Positions 7,507 to 15,910 of a stretch of DNA of 53,800 bases are shown here, one piece after another. Numbering within the stretch: position 1 is the first letter of the stretch; each line of letters starts with the position of its first letter. The notes below the pieces were generated by a model. It was not told the DNA's origin, searched no databases, and worked only from the letters and a program-made list of their open reading frames with translations. Origin of the DNA: an uncultured Thermotogae bacterium (GTDB lineage Bacteria; Bipolaricaulota; Bipolaricaulia; M55B111); NCBI GenBank assembly GCA_964506635.1, contig CAZDMI010000001.1, forward strand, positions 1 through 53,800, read 5' to 3'. The position numbers were made by a program, and so were the translations under genes.

Positions 7507-8780
7507 AGTTCGATCAAACCAACCTTTTCCAGTCCTTTTAGCTCGTTGGCACTGTAGTTAACCGGATCCCGTCTGAAACCCCGGGGTGGAGTTTCCCTGT
7601 CGTAGCCGAGATCGGAATCAAGCTCCAGGGTTCTTTCTTCCCTACCCATGTTTGCTTCCACCTCAAACACACCTCTTTTCCGGCAATAATTGATAAAGGA
7701 TTCCCAGCGTTTATCCACCCCTTTCCGTTCGGAAAGGCGGTCATCCACGTTGAACTGCGATTCTTTGAAAAACTCCAGGGTATCATTAACCTGGTCCCGC
7801 AACTCTTTCTCGCTTATTTTATCACGACCGGTTTTATGGGCTTCAACAAGGTAATAACTGGCAAGTTGACCGAGGTTTATCGTGGTCAACCCAAGAATTT
7901 TCCTTCTGAGCCTTCTGCTTTTCTCCTTTCTGCCGAGCTGATCCAGCCCACTCATTTCTTTGGCTACCTGAACAAATATTTTCGTTTTACCGTCCGTCAA
8001 AAAGTCATAAGTAATATTGGTCGGAACTACGACGACCTCCGTCTCGGCTTCGTCAATCAAAATGAGCAAACTATCCTTGAGCTGTCCAAGCATTCCGTTC
8101 TGTGATAGCCTGCCCTCCGGCGTTATATAAAGTATCGCTCCTTCGTTCAACAACTCTATAAACTTGCCGAGCTGCTCCTTGACCGCCCCAAGCTTAGTCT
8201 GCTTAACCGCCTTTCTGAACTCGGACTTAAAGTAACTGGATTTTATCTTTTTTCTGGGATAACCTTCCTTTTCGAAGAACTCGGATATCCTCATAGAGGG
8301 GCTACCGAAGGAAGTATCCTTCAACAACCTCTTCAGAGCTTTTTCTTCGATTACTTCCCGCAATTTTGGGTCGTCATCCTTCTCCTGAATGATTCGTAGC
8401 GCCTCGTGAACCGGTACCGAATGGAAATCCAGTTTCCCTATCGGGTAAGCATTGAGATACTGAAGCACGTGATTAAGCGAAAGCGGCTGGAGAACCTTTT
8501 TCAACAGCTTCGGTCCTTTAATCCAATCAGCCAGGAAACCTGGCTGAAACAGGTTCTCGTCTCCCATAAAGGAGACGGGTGTCGAAGGGTTTAAAAATCC
8601 TTCATTGTAATAGAAAACCGAAGCAATCAACACGGAATCCAGGTCGCGCTTATGATTTGCGACTATTAGAGAGGATGGCGATTCGGAGTAATGCTCCATG
8701 CCATCAATCTGGAGTTCGAAAAAAGGTTTGATACCTAGCCTGAAAGTCAAGCCAATCAAGTTATAAACCAACCAGCTCAT
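7503..8780 (-). CDS. Acyltransferase (PlsC/GPAT family) with a long C-terminal extension
   Basis: HX4D motif (NHKRDLD) near the N-terminus and PEGRLS block III. The C-terminal extension of about 200 aa has no family I recognise. Confidence 0.8.
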   Translation of the reverse strand: MSWLVYNLIGLTFRLGIKPFFELQIDGMEHYSESPSSLIVANHKRDLDSVLIASVFYYNEGFLNPSTPVSFMGDENLFQPGFLADWIKGPKLLKKVLQPLSLNHVLQYLNAYPIGKLDFHSVPVHEALRIIQEKDDDPKLREVIEEKALKRLLKDTSFGSPSMRISEFFEKEGYPRKKIKSSYFKSEFRKAVKQTKLGAVKEQLGKFIELLNEGAILYITPEGRLSQNGMLGQLKDSLLILIDEAETEVVVVPTNITYDFLTDGKTKIFVQVAKEMSGLDQLGRKEKSRRLRRKILGLTTINLGQLASYYLVEAHKTGRDKISEKELRDQVNDTLEFFKESQFNVDDRLSERKGVDKRWESFINYCRKRGVFEVEANMGREERTLELDSDLGYDRETPPRGFRRDPVNYSANELKGLEKVGLIEL

Positions 8781-8948
8781 AAAGTGCCTTAACCTTTTTT
8801 ATTTTTGCCAAATATTGTATTAAGTATCCCACCATGTAATATTTATATATGGTGAGGAAAATCACAAGTGGTTGCGATTTCCGGGTGCACTCGATAGTCT
8901 TATACCCATAACCTAATTTAGAACAATAAAAAGACGAGGAATGACCAA

Positions 8949-9950
8949 ATGAAAACTGTTTGTGTTTACCAGGATCCAACTATGTACGGAGTTCATGGAA
9001 TAACTGCAGCAGTCAAGCAACAGCGTAAGGCGCTACGGAAGAACGGAATAGAAGTCAAGGAAAAACCTGAGGAACCGTATGACGTAATTCACATAAACTG
9101 GCCGGGGCCGATATCCTATCTCAGGTTAAAACAGGCTCAGAGGCGGGGAAAAATGGGTATCGTATTCGCCCACTCGGGCAAGGATATCGAAGGCGGCTTT
9201 ACCCTATCAGGTTACCTGGAAAAACCTTTTATTAAATGGCTTTCGGCCCTATATGACTCCGGAGACAGAATCATTTCTCCATCCGAATACACGAAAGAAA
9301 TGATCGCCGATTTCGGTGTTGATCAGAGCAAAACCCGCGTGGTCAGCAACGGCGTTGACCTTTCAAAAGTCGAATACTCCGAGGAAGGGCGCCAAAAATA
9401 CAGGGAGCGTTTTGGTCTTGACCGCCCAACCGTAATCGTCGTCGGACAAGTAATACCGAGGAAGGACATCACCACCTTTGTCAAAGTCGCAAGTGAATTA
9501 CCCGAGTACCAATTTATCTGGTACGGGCACAGGATGAACAGGCTCTTCATGTTTGACCAGAAAATGGACAGGGCGATAAAAAACTCCCCTGAAAACGTCC
9601 AGTTTACCGGTTACGTCGAAGATATAGGGGCTGCATTTTCTTCCGGCGACCTTTTCTTCTTCCCTTCAAAAGAGGAGAACGAAGGTATCGTGTTACTCGA
9701 AGCCGCAGCTCACGGTCTTCCGATAGTTACCAGGGACCTGCCGGCATACAGAGGCTGGCTTGAAGACGGTCGCAATTGTTTAAAAGGCAATGAGAAGGAA
9801 GAATTCGTCGATCTAATTAGGCAGGTCATGGAAAACGAAGAAAAAAAAGAGGAATTAACAGCGGAAGCAAGAGAAACAGCTAAAAGGCACGGACTGGAAC
9901 GAATCGGAGAAAAATACATAGAGATTTACGAAGAATACCTGGGGAGTTAA
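8949..9950 (+). CDS. Glycosyltransferase family 4
   Basis: GAGGA SD. C-terminal GT-B motif: FFFPSKEENEGIVLLEAAAHGLPIVTRD. Confidence 0.85.
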   Translation: MKTVCVYQDPTMYGVHGITAAVKQQRKALRKNGIEVKEKPEEPYDVIHINWPGPISYLRLKQAQRRGKMGIVFAHSGKDIEGGFTLSGYLEKPFIKWLSALYDSGDRIISPSEYTKEMIADFGVDQSKTRVVSNGVDLSKVEYSEEGRQKYRERFGLDRPTVIVVGQVIPRKDITTFVKVASELPEYQFIWYGHRMNRLFMFDQKMDRAIKNSPENVQFTGYVEDIGAAFSSGDLFFFPSKEENEGIVLLEAAAHGLPIVTRDLPAYRGWLEDGRNCLKGNEKEEFVDLIRQVMENEEKKEELTAEARETAKRHGLERIGEKYIEIYEEYLGS

Positions 9951-10262
9951 CTATAACAAAACCGGGCTGCACGCGGCGCAGGGACTTCACGATTCCAAAA
10001 TCAAAAATAATTTAATGAGCCGGAAAGCCGCGGATTTTTCGGGGATCTTTAATTATTTAATTTAGACAAACCTACCTTTTCCTGTACCTCATTCTCTTTA
10101 AAGGGTCTTGAATCACCGGAGGGGAGCTACTAGCCTTTCCAGGTTAGTCGGCTATTTAATTAAAGATAATATACATTTTTTAGTCAAGAATATAATTTGA
10201 TATATATTTAACCTAAAAATTTTTCAGAATTTATTTTTATATTCACTTTTATATATTACCTC

Positions 10263-10290
10263 TTGAAAATATAAATTTAGCTACTATAAT
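10263..10290 (+). promoter_or_regulatory. Sigma70-like promoter of the small gene in the AT-rich island
   Basis: TTGAAA (10263-10268), 16-nt spacer, TATAAT (10285-10290). Confidence 0.5.
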
Positions 10291-10377
10291 CACGTTGAGT
10301 TAGTTGAGATAGATAAGCTTCAATAAGCTGATGAGTTTAAGCTAATATGTTTGCAAGTACACTAGGAGGTGTCCTTC

Positions 10378-10506
10378 ATGAAGAAGAAAGAAAACGCTGC
10401 AAAAAGGTACTCAACAATCAAGACAATTTACAATGAGACGTACCGAGAAGATATCTCACGCAAAATGAGAGAAAAAGCATCAGAAGAAAAAGAGAATTGT
10501 TCGTAA
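10378..10506 (+). CDS. Small basic hypothetical protein (42 aa): MKKKENAAKRYSTIKTIYNETYREDISRKMREKASEEKENCS
   Basis: Strong SD, AGGAGGTG, 6 nt before the ATG. It has its own promoter upstream and a hairpin terminator downstream. It is below the ORF-track cutoff. Confidence 0.55.
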   Translation: MKKKENAAKRYSTIKTIYNETYREDISRKMREKASEEKENCS

Positions 10507-10528
10507 ATCAAACAAATCTAAGAGCTTA

Positions 10529-10573
10529 ATAATAAGGGGGAAGATGAAAATTCTTCCTCCCTTATTATTTCTT
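10529..10573 (+). terminator. Hairpin terminator after the small gene (possibly bidirectional)
   Basis: AATAAGGGGGAAGA (10531-10544) pairs with TCTTCCTCCCTTATT (10552-10566), with one bulge, followed by ATTTCTT. Confidence 0.55.
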
Positions 10574-10686
10574 ATCTCTGAACCCTCTAAACGAACCTAC
10601 TTTTCCCATTAAATAAAAACCGAAAAGGCAATACTTAGCATCATATTTATCCTGGGGTTTTCTGAAGGCCGGTCGATATATCCAAT

Positions 10687-11841
10687 CTAATCCAATACTT
10701 CTTCGTAACTATCCAGTAGTTTCCCGGCCATCGTCTCGGCGGAGAACCTTTCTGCAACTTTTCGAGCTTCTCTTCCCTTTTCCTCCAGCAACTTCTCGTC
10801 TTCTAGCAGGGAAAGAACCTTTTCGCTAAAAGGAGTAACTTCTTCAGGTACCAGGTAACCACCTTTTTCCTGGTTTAATACGTCCCTAACACCTGGTGCA
10901 TCTACAGCCACTACGGGAGTTGCCGCAGCCAGAGCCTCGGCGATAACGAGACCCTGGGTTTCCGTAAGTGAAGCAAATAGGAACACGTCCGCTTCCTGGT
11001 AGTAACGGGCAAGTATATCATCGTCCTCGACGTAGCCGGTAAAATGAATCGTCCGAGAGGAATTCATCTTGCTCACACGAGCCAGCACTTTACCCAGCCC
11101 CCTTCCACCACCCACGATGACGAAATGAACTGGGGTAAAATCACGTGATATCCTTTTAAAAGCATCGAGGAGGAACCCCACGTTTTTCTCACTCCCGACC
11201 CTTCCAACGTAAAGCAATATTTTCTCGTCCTTCCCTATCCCGAATTGTTCTCGCAGGCTCCTTGTATCCCCGGATTTCGAGTCGTAAGTATCCAGATTTA
11301 TCCCAGTCGGTAAAACATCAATCGGAGGGCCGAGATCGTAGGAGCTCAAAAGTTCTTCCATATCAGGAGAGGGGACGAATATTTTCTTGCCGCTTCGCGT
11401 TTCACGGGAAGTATAAAATCGGGCCAGAGATCTGGCGACGTTTTTCGGTACTCCGGGTACGTAATGACGGATATAGAGCTCGAGGTTCGTGTGGTAGGTG
11501 AGAAATATGGGTATACTATAATAACTGGCAATCCAGCGGGCTGGCGTGCTCATTATGGTCGGAAGGTGAATATGAACGATATCCAGGTCGGAAAACTCGC
11601 TTCTAAAAACCCGGGCAGCCTGAAAAGGGTCGGTCAAGCGGAAATCCTTCAATAACGGGCTATAATAGGACGTTATGCGAAATACGTTTTCCTCTTCTCT
11701 GGTATCCTCCTCGGGGTATTCCGGACAAAATACCCGGACTTCGTGTCCAAGCTTTTTCAGCTGGTTCGAAAAATTAACTACCGAAGTGGTAACCCCTCCC
11801 GGCGCCGGCAGATAAGCCCCCGTAATGAAGCCTATTTTCAT
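10687..11841 (-). CDS. Glycosyltransferase family 4
   Basis: ATG at 11841 with GAGGGG SD; the ORF track extends it to a TTG at 11853. MKIGFITGAYLPAPGGVTT N-terminus. GT-B motif: ETQGLVIAEALAAATPVVAVDAPG. Confidence 0.85.
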   Translation of the reverse strand: MKIGFITGAYLPAPGGVTTSVVNFSNQLKKLGHEVRVFCPEYPEEDTREEENVFRITSYYSPLLKDFRLTDPFQAARVFRSEFSDLDIVHIHLPTIMSTPARWIASYYSIPIFLTYHTNLELYIRHYVPGVPKNVARSLARFYTSRETRSGKKIFVPSPDMEELLSSYDLGPPIDVLPTGINLDTYDSKSGDTRSLREQFGIGKDEKILLYVGRVGSEKNVGFLLDAFKRISRDFTPVHFVIVGGGRGLGKVLARVSKMNSSRTIHFTGYVEDDDILARYYQEADVFLFASLTETQGLVIAEALAAATPVVAVDAPGVRDVLNQEKGGYLVPEEVTPFSEKVLSLLEDEKLLEEKGREARKVAERFSAETMAGKLLDSYEEVLD

Positions 11842-12110
11842 ATTTCCCCTCAAAAGTTAGATAGTATTACAATAATCAGCAGTTTCCCGGAGGACATCAA
11901 GATAAATTAACCGAATACATGGCTTTCCGCCCACGGGAAATTGCTATGTGGAAAGCCAAAAACGATTACATTTTTCATTTTTTATCGGCTTGACCATATC
12001 AATATAAATCTATATATACATTAAAGACCACAAAGCTTCGGTTCAAGCTAATTATTCCGTATAATGTAATCACAAACGGAAAAGCCTCTATTCTAATCAG
12101 GGATAGCTTT

Positions 12111-12139
12111 TTGAACTATACAACCCTGCGAAGTATAAT
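12111..12139 (+). promoter_or_regulatory. Sigma70-like promoter upstream of the S1-domain gene and the 2-oxoacid oxidoreductase operon
   Basis: TTGAAC (12111-12116), 17-nt spacer, TATAAT (12134-12139). Confidence 0.55.
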
Positions 12140-12184
12140 CATTTTAGAAGAAAAAATAGATTCTTTTTTCAGGCTGGTGGTAAC

Positions 12185-12604
12185 ATGGATATTAGAGTTG
12201 GAGAAAAAGTAACGGGAGTAATAGAAGAAATACGAGACGAAGGATACCTAGTTTCCCTCTGTAATGAGGTAAAAGGATTTGCCCCTGAAGACTCGCTCCT
12301 TGACGATGTAAAGGAATCAGAGGTAAATGAAGGCTCGGAGGCAAAAGTCAGGATAGACAAAAAAAAGGAAGAAGGCCATTTCCGGGTCACGCTTATTAAA
12401 ATTTTCTCAAAGGATAATTTCCAGGAAAAGCCGGATAAATATCTGAAAAAAGTCTCCCATGAAAAACAAAACGGAGGTGAAAAATCCGAGGAACCAGAAA
12501 TTTCCGAAGAGCTAGAGGAATGGTTTTCCGAACTGGACCGAACTCTCGACGAAATCAGGGAAAACCGCAAAGAGAGGTTGGACGTGGATTTCTGGACCGT
12601 ATAA
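12185..12604 (+). CDS. S1 RNA-binding domain protein with a charged C-terminal region
   Basis: S1-like fold signature: [21 protein letters not shown]...KGFAPEDSL...[12 protein letters not shown]. The antisense 151-aa ORF is Ser-rich shadow sequence. Confidence 0.75.
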   Translation: MDIRVGEKVTGVIEEIRDEGYLVSLCNEVKGFAPEDSLLDDVKESEVNEGSEAKVRIDKKKEEGHFRVTLIKIFSKDNFQEKPDKYLKKVSHEKQNGGEKSEEPEISEELEEWFSELDRTLDEIRENRKERLDVDFWTV

Positions 12605-12623
12605 AATCCAGGAGGGTTACTCA

Positions 12624-12851
12624 ATGCCGAGGGGCAAAGTCGAGGTCGACAAGGAACGCTGTAAGGGGTGTGGGCTCTGCATAGAAGCCTGCCCTCAGGA
12701 GGTCCTGTCTTTTTCCGACGAATTCAACTCAAGTGGTTACAACTACGTAAAAGTAGAGAATCCGGACGATTGTGTCGGTTGTGCTTTTTGCGGTAAAGTC
12801 TGCCCTGATGTGGCTCTGACCGTTTATCAGAAGCAAAAGGAGGGAGTCTGA
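12624..12851 (+). CDS. 2-oxoacid:ferredoxin oxidoreductase, delta (2x[4Fe-4S] ferredoxin) subunit
   Basis: Two CxxCxxCxxxCP motifs ([24 protein letters not shown]). GGAGGG SD. Confidence 0.9.
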   Translation: MPRGKVEVDKERCKGCGLCIEACPQEVLSFSDEFNSSGYNYVKVENPDDCVGCAFCGKVCPDVALTVYQKQKEGV

Positions 12852-13906
12852 TGGGGGAAAAGAAACTGTTGCGGGGTAACGAAGCCATTGCAGAAGCAGC
12901 AATACGGGCGGGCTGCCGAAACTACTTTGCTTACCCCATTACTCCCCAGGCCGAATTGCTGCAGTGGATGGCAAACCACATGCCGGAAGAGGAAGACGGG
13001 ACTTTTCTCCAGGCGGAAAGCGAAATTGGTGCGATAAACATGGTTTACGGCGCCTCCTCCGCAGGGGAAAGGACCATGACTTCTTCAAGCAGTCCGGGAA
13101 TTAGCCTTAAACAGGAGGGAATTTCCTATCTGGCAGGTGCCGAATTACCAGCCGTCATAGTTAACATCATGCGAGGTGGACCAGGACTGGGTAATATTCA
13201 ACCGGCTCAGGGTGATTACTTTCAGACGACGAAAGGTGGAGGGCACGGAGACTACAGGTTAATCGTACTGGGGCCTTCCACGGTACCGGAAGCCGCCGAA
13301 CTTACCTTTGAAGCTTTCAACCTTGCCGACGAATACAGAACCCCGGTGGTGGTTCTCGCCGACGGAATGATTGGTCAAATGATGGAGCCAGTGGAACTAC
13401 CGGAAAGAGTCGATACCTCAAAACTACCGGAAAAACCCTGGGCTACAACCGGAACTGATGGACGTGAGCCAAACGTAGTCAGGAGTTTTGCCCTGGGGGC
13501 AGAGGACCTGAATTCGCTCAACGAAGGCCTGCAGGACAAGTACTCAAGGATAGAATCGAAGGAGACTCGCTTCGAAAAAATTGGAACCGAGGACCCGGAC
13601 GTACTTATGGTCGCTTTTGGAACGGTAGCTCGTATAGCCCGTTCCGCTCGCAAGCTTGCACGGGAAGAAGGAATAAACGCAGGTATATTCAGACCGATTA
13701 CCCTCTGGCCTTTCCCGGATGAACCACTTAGGGAGCTTAGCGACAGGGTCGATACTGTATTGACGCTTGAAATGAACTCGGGTCAGATGGTGGAAGACGT
13801 TCGGCTGGCCGTGAATTCCGACGTAGATACTCCTTTTTACGGGGAAATGGGAGGAGTGGTGCCCACTCCGGAAAGAATCCTCGAGGAGGTTAAGAAATAT
13901 GTCTAA
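12851..13906 (+). CDS. 2-oxoacid:ferredoxin oxidoreductase, alpha subunit
   Basis: Start overlaps the delta stop (TGATG). Typical N-terminus: LLRGNEAIAEAAIRAGCRNYFAYPITPQ. Substrate (2-oxoglutarate, pyruvate or other) cannot be resolved by eye. Confidence 0.9.
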   Translation: MGEKKLLRGNEAIAEAAIRAGCRNYFAYPITPQAELLQWMANHMPEEEDGTFLQAESEIGAINMVYGASSAGERTMTSSSSPGISLKQEGISYLAGAELPAVIVNIMRGGPGLGNIQPAQGDYFQTTKGGGHGDYRLIVLGPSTVPEAAELTFEAFNLADEYRTPVVVLADGMIGQMMEPVELPERVDTSKLPEKPWATTGTDGREPNVVRSFALGAEDLNSLNEGLQDKYSRIESKETRFEKIGTEDPDVLMVAFGTVARIARSARKLAREEGINAGIFRPITLWPFPDEPLRELSDRVDTVLTLEMNSGQMVEDVRLAVNSDVDTPFYGEMGGVVPTPERILEEVKKYV

Positions 13907-14672
13907 AGAGGCCGTCGCAGACGAAACTTCTGAAATGAAGAAAGTTTTCGAGGGGCCGGAAAGCCTCAACGAAGAAGAATTTAGCTACTGTCCCGGCTGT
14001 CATCACGGAGTCATTAACCGTCTTATTGCGGAAGTGATTGACGAACTTGGAATACAGCACAACACTATCGGAACTGCCCCCGTCGGATGCTCGGTCTTTC
14101 TGTATAAATGGTTTGACGTCGACGTAATTCAGCCCGCGCACGGCCGCGTTTCGGCAGTAGCCACGGGAGTTAAGAGGGCTCGCCCGGACTTAAACGTTTT
14201 TGCCTACCAGGGTGACGGGGATTTCGCTTCGATAGGAACCAACAACTCAACCCACGCGGCAAACCGAGGGGAAAACATCACGGTATTTTTCGTTAATAAT
14301 ACGCTTTACGGCATGACAGGCGGTGAAATGGCTCCTACTACTCTGCTGGACCAGAAGACCACCACGACTCCGCACGGCAGAAGCGCAGAGGATTACGGTT
14401 ACCCAATAAAGATGTCGGAGATGCTGGCGGAACTGGACGGACCGACGTATATCACCAGGCAGGCAGTCTACGACCCCAAACGCATCGATAAGGCGAAATC
14501 CGCCATGAAAAAGGCCTTCAGAATTCAAATGGAGGGAGAGGGTTACGCAATGGTGGAATTACTGTCCGCCTGTCCGATAAACTGGGGAATGGATCCGGTA
14601 GAAGCGAACGAGAGAATAAAGGAAAACGTAGAGAAAGTCTATCCCCTCGGGGATATCATAGATAGGACTTAA
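13899..14672 (+). CDS. 2-oxoacid:ferredoxin oxidoreductase, beta (TPP-binding) subunit
   Basis: CPGCHHG segment and the GDGD TPP motif ([11 protein letters not shown]). Confidence 0.9.
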   Translation: MSKEAVADETSEMKKVFEGPESLNEEEFSYCPGCHHGVINRLIAEVIDELGIQHNTIGTAPVGCSVFLYKWFDVDVIQPAHGRVSAVATGVKRARPDLNVFAYQGDGDFASIGTNNSTHAANRGENITVFFVNNTLYGMTGGEMAPTTLLDQKTTTTPHGRSAEDYGYPIKMSEMLAELDGPTYITRQAVYDPKRIDKAKSAMKKAFRIQMEGEGYAMVELLSACPINWGMDPVEANERIKENVEKVYPLGDIIDRT

Positions 14673-14684
14673 AGGGGGATAATC

Positions 14685-15233
14685 ATGGAAGAACACTCTA
14701 CGGTGGTTTCAGGATTTGGCGGACAGGGTGTTATCCTGACCGGAAAAATCATCGCGCGTTCGGGTATGGAAGAAGGTCTCGAGGTAACATGGCTACCCTC
14801 ATATGGCCCGGAAATGCGAGGAGGGACGGCAAACTGTACCGCTATCATATCGTCCGAACTTATAGGTTCACCGGTAGTAAACAAACCGGCCTCATTAATT
14901 GCGTTCAACGAACCTTCTCTGGACAAATTCGGTCACCAGGTCAAGGAAAATGGAACGATTATACTCAACAGCTCTCTAATTGATAGCTACGACTACGACG
15001 ATAAAAGCTTACCCGTACCTTTAAATGATATCGCCAAGGACATAGGCAACCAGAAGGTTATAAACATGGTCGCGCTGGGAGCCTGGTCCAGAACGACCGG
15101 AAAGCTATCCCTCTCCGCAGTGAAAACAGGCATGAGACTCACCCTTGAGGAATCCGGTAAGGGAGAATTCGTAGAAATCAACGAAAAGGCACTCGAAAAA
15201 GGGCACTCCGCTGTCGAGAAAGCAAAAGTCTAA
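14685..15233 (+). CDS. 2-oxoacid:ferredoxin oxidoreductase, gamma subunit
   Basis: [15 protein letters not shown] and [13 protein letters not shown] segments, typical of gamma subunits. Confidence 0.9.
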   Translation: MEEHSTVVSGFGGQGVILTGKIIARSGMEEGLEVTWLPSYGPEMRGGTANCTAIISSELIGSPVVNKPASLIAFNEPSLDKFGHQVKENGTIILNSSLIDSYDYDDKSLPVPLNDIAKDIGNQKVINMVALGAWSRTTGKLSLSAVKTGMRLTLEESGKGEFVEINEKALEKGHSAVEKAKV

Positions 15234-15265
15234 GGAAGCACAAAGCGATTGAAGGAGAAACTCAG

Positions 15266-15844
15266 TTGACAGTTCACTCCGAAGACGAAGAGTTCGACCA
15301 CTCGGAGCTTGCCGAGGAACGACTGGAAGAAAAAGAGGTATTTTCCGGAAACCTGCTTCGGGTTACGATAAACCAGGTTAAGGACGCCGAAGGAAATATC
15401 GCGGGACGGGAAGTAGTCCACCACCCCGGTGGAGTTGTTATAGCCCCGCTGATCCGTGGTACCGAGTTCCACGAAATCGTTCTGGTCAAACAATACAGGG
15501 AACCTGCCGAGGAAACCCTGTGGGAACTCCCGGCAGGGACCCTGGAAGAGGGTGAAACGAGGGAAGAATGCGCACAAAGAGAATTAATGGAGGAAACTGG
15601 TTACAGAGCCGGTAAGCTCGAGAAAAAAGTCGATCTTTATACCTCACCTGGCTATTCCGATGAAGTTCTTTCCCTTTACGTGGCTTCGGACCTGGAAAAA
15701 CTGGAGGCCCCTGATAAAATGGAAACTCCGGACGACGAAAACCTGATTATCGGGGAGTTTTCCCTGCAAGAAGCCGTCAATATGGCCAAGAATGGCGAAA
15801 TTAGGGACGGTAAAACTCTCGCCGGAATGATCTTCCTGCTCTAA
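15266..15844 (+). CDS. NUDIX hydrolase (ADP-ribose pyrophosphatase-like)
   Basis: TTG start with AAGGAG SD. Nudix box: GTLEEGETREECAQRELMEETG. Confidence 0.85.
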   Translation: MTVHSEDEEFDHSELAEERLEEKEVFSGNLLRVTINQVKDAEGNIAGREVVHHPGGVVIAPLIRGTEFHEIVLVKQYREPAEETLWELPAGTLEEGETREECAQRELMEETGYRAGKLEKKVDLYTSPGYSDEVLSLYVASDLEKLEAPDKMETPDDENLIIGEFSLQEAVNMAKNGEIRDGKTLAGMIFLL

Positions 15845-15857
15845 GTTAAGAAGATAT

Positions 15858-15896
15858 CCCGCGCCGTAACTGGAATCGAGCTACGGCGCGGGTTTT
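15858..15896 (+). terminator. Intrinsic terminator between convergent genes
   Basis: 11-bp stem CCCGCGCCGTA (15858-15868) / TACGGCGCGGG (15882-15892), followed by TTTT. Confidence 0.8.
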
Positions 15897-15910
15897 CTCA
15901 TTCAATCAAG

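Noticed and set aside
12169-12624. 151-aa minus-strand ORF
   Set aside because: Ser-rich, low-complexity translation antisense to the S1-domain gene, which has a recognisable S1 fold pattern, an SD and a promoter.
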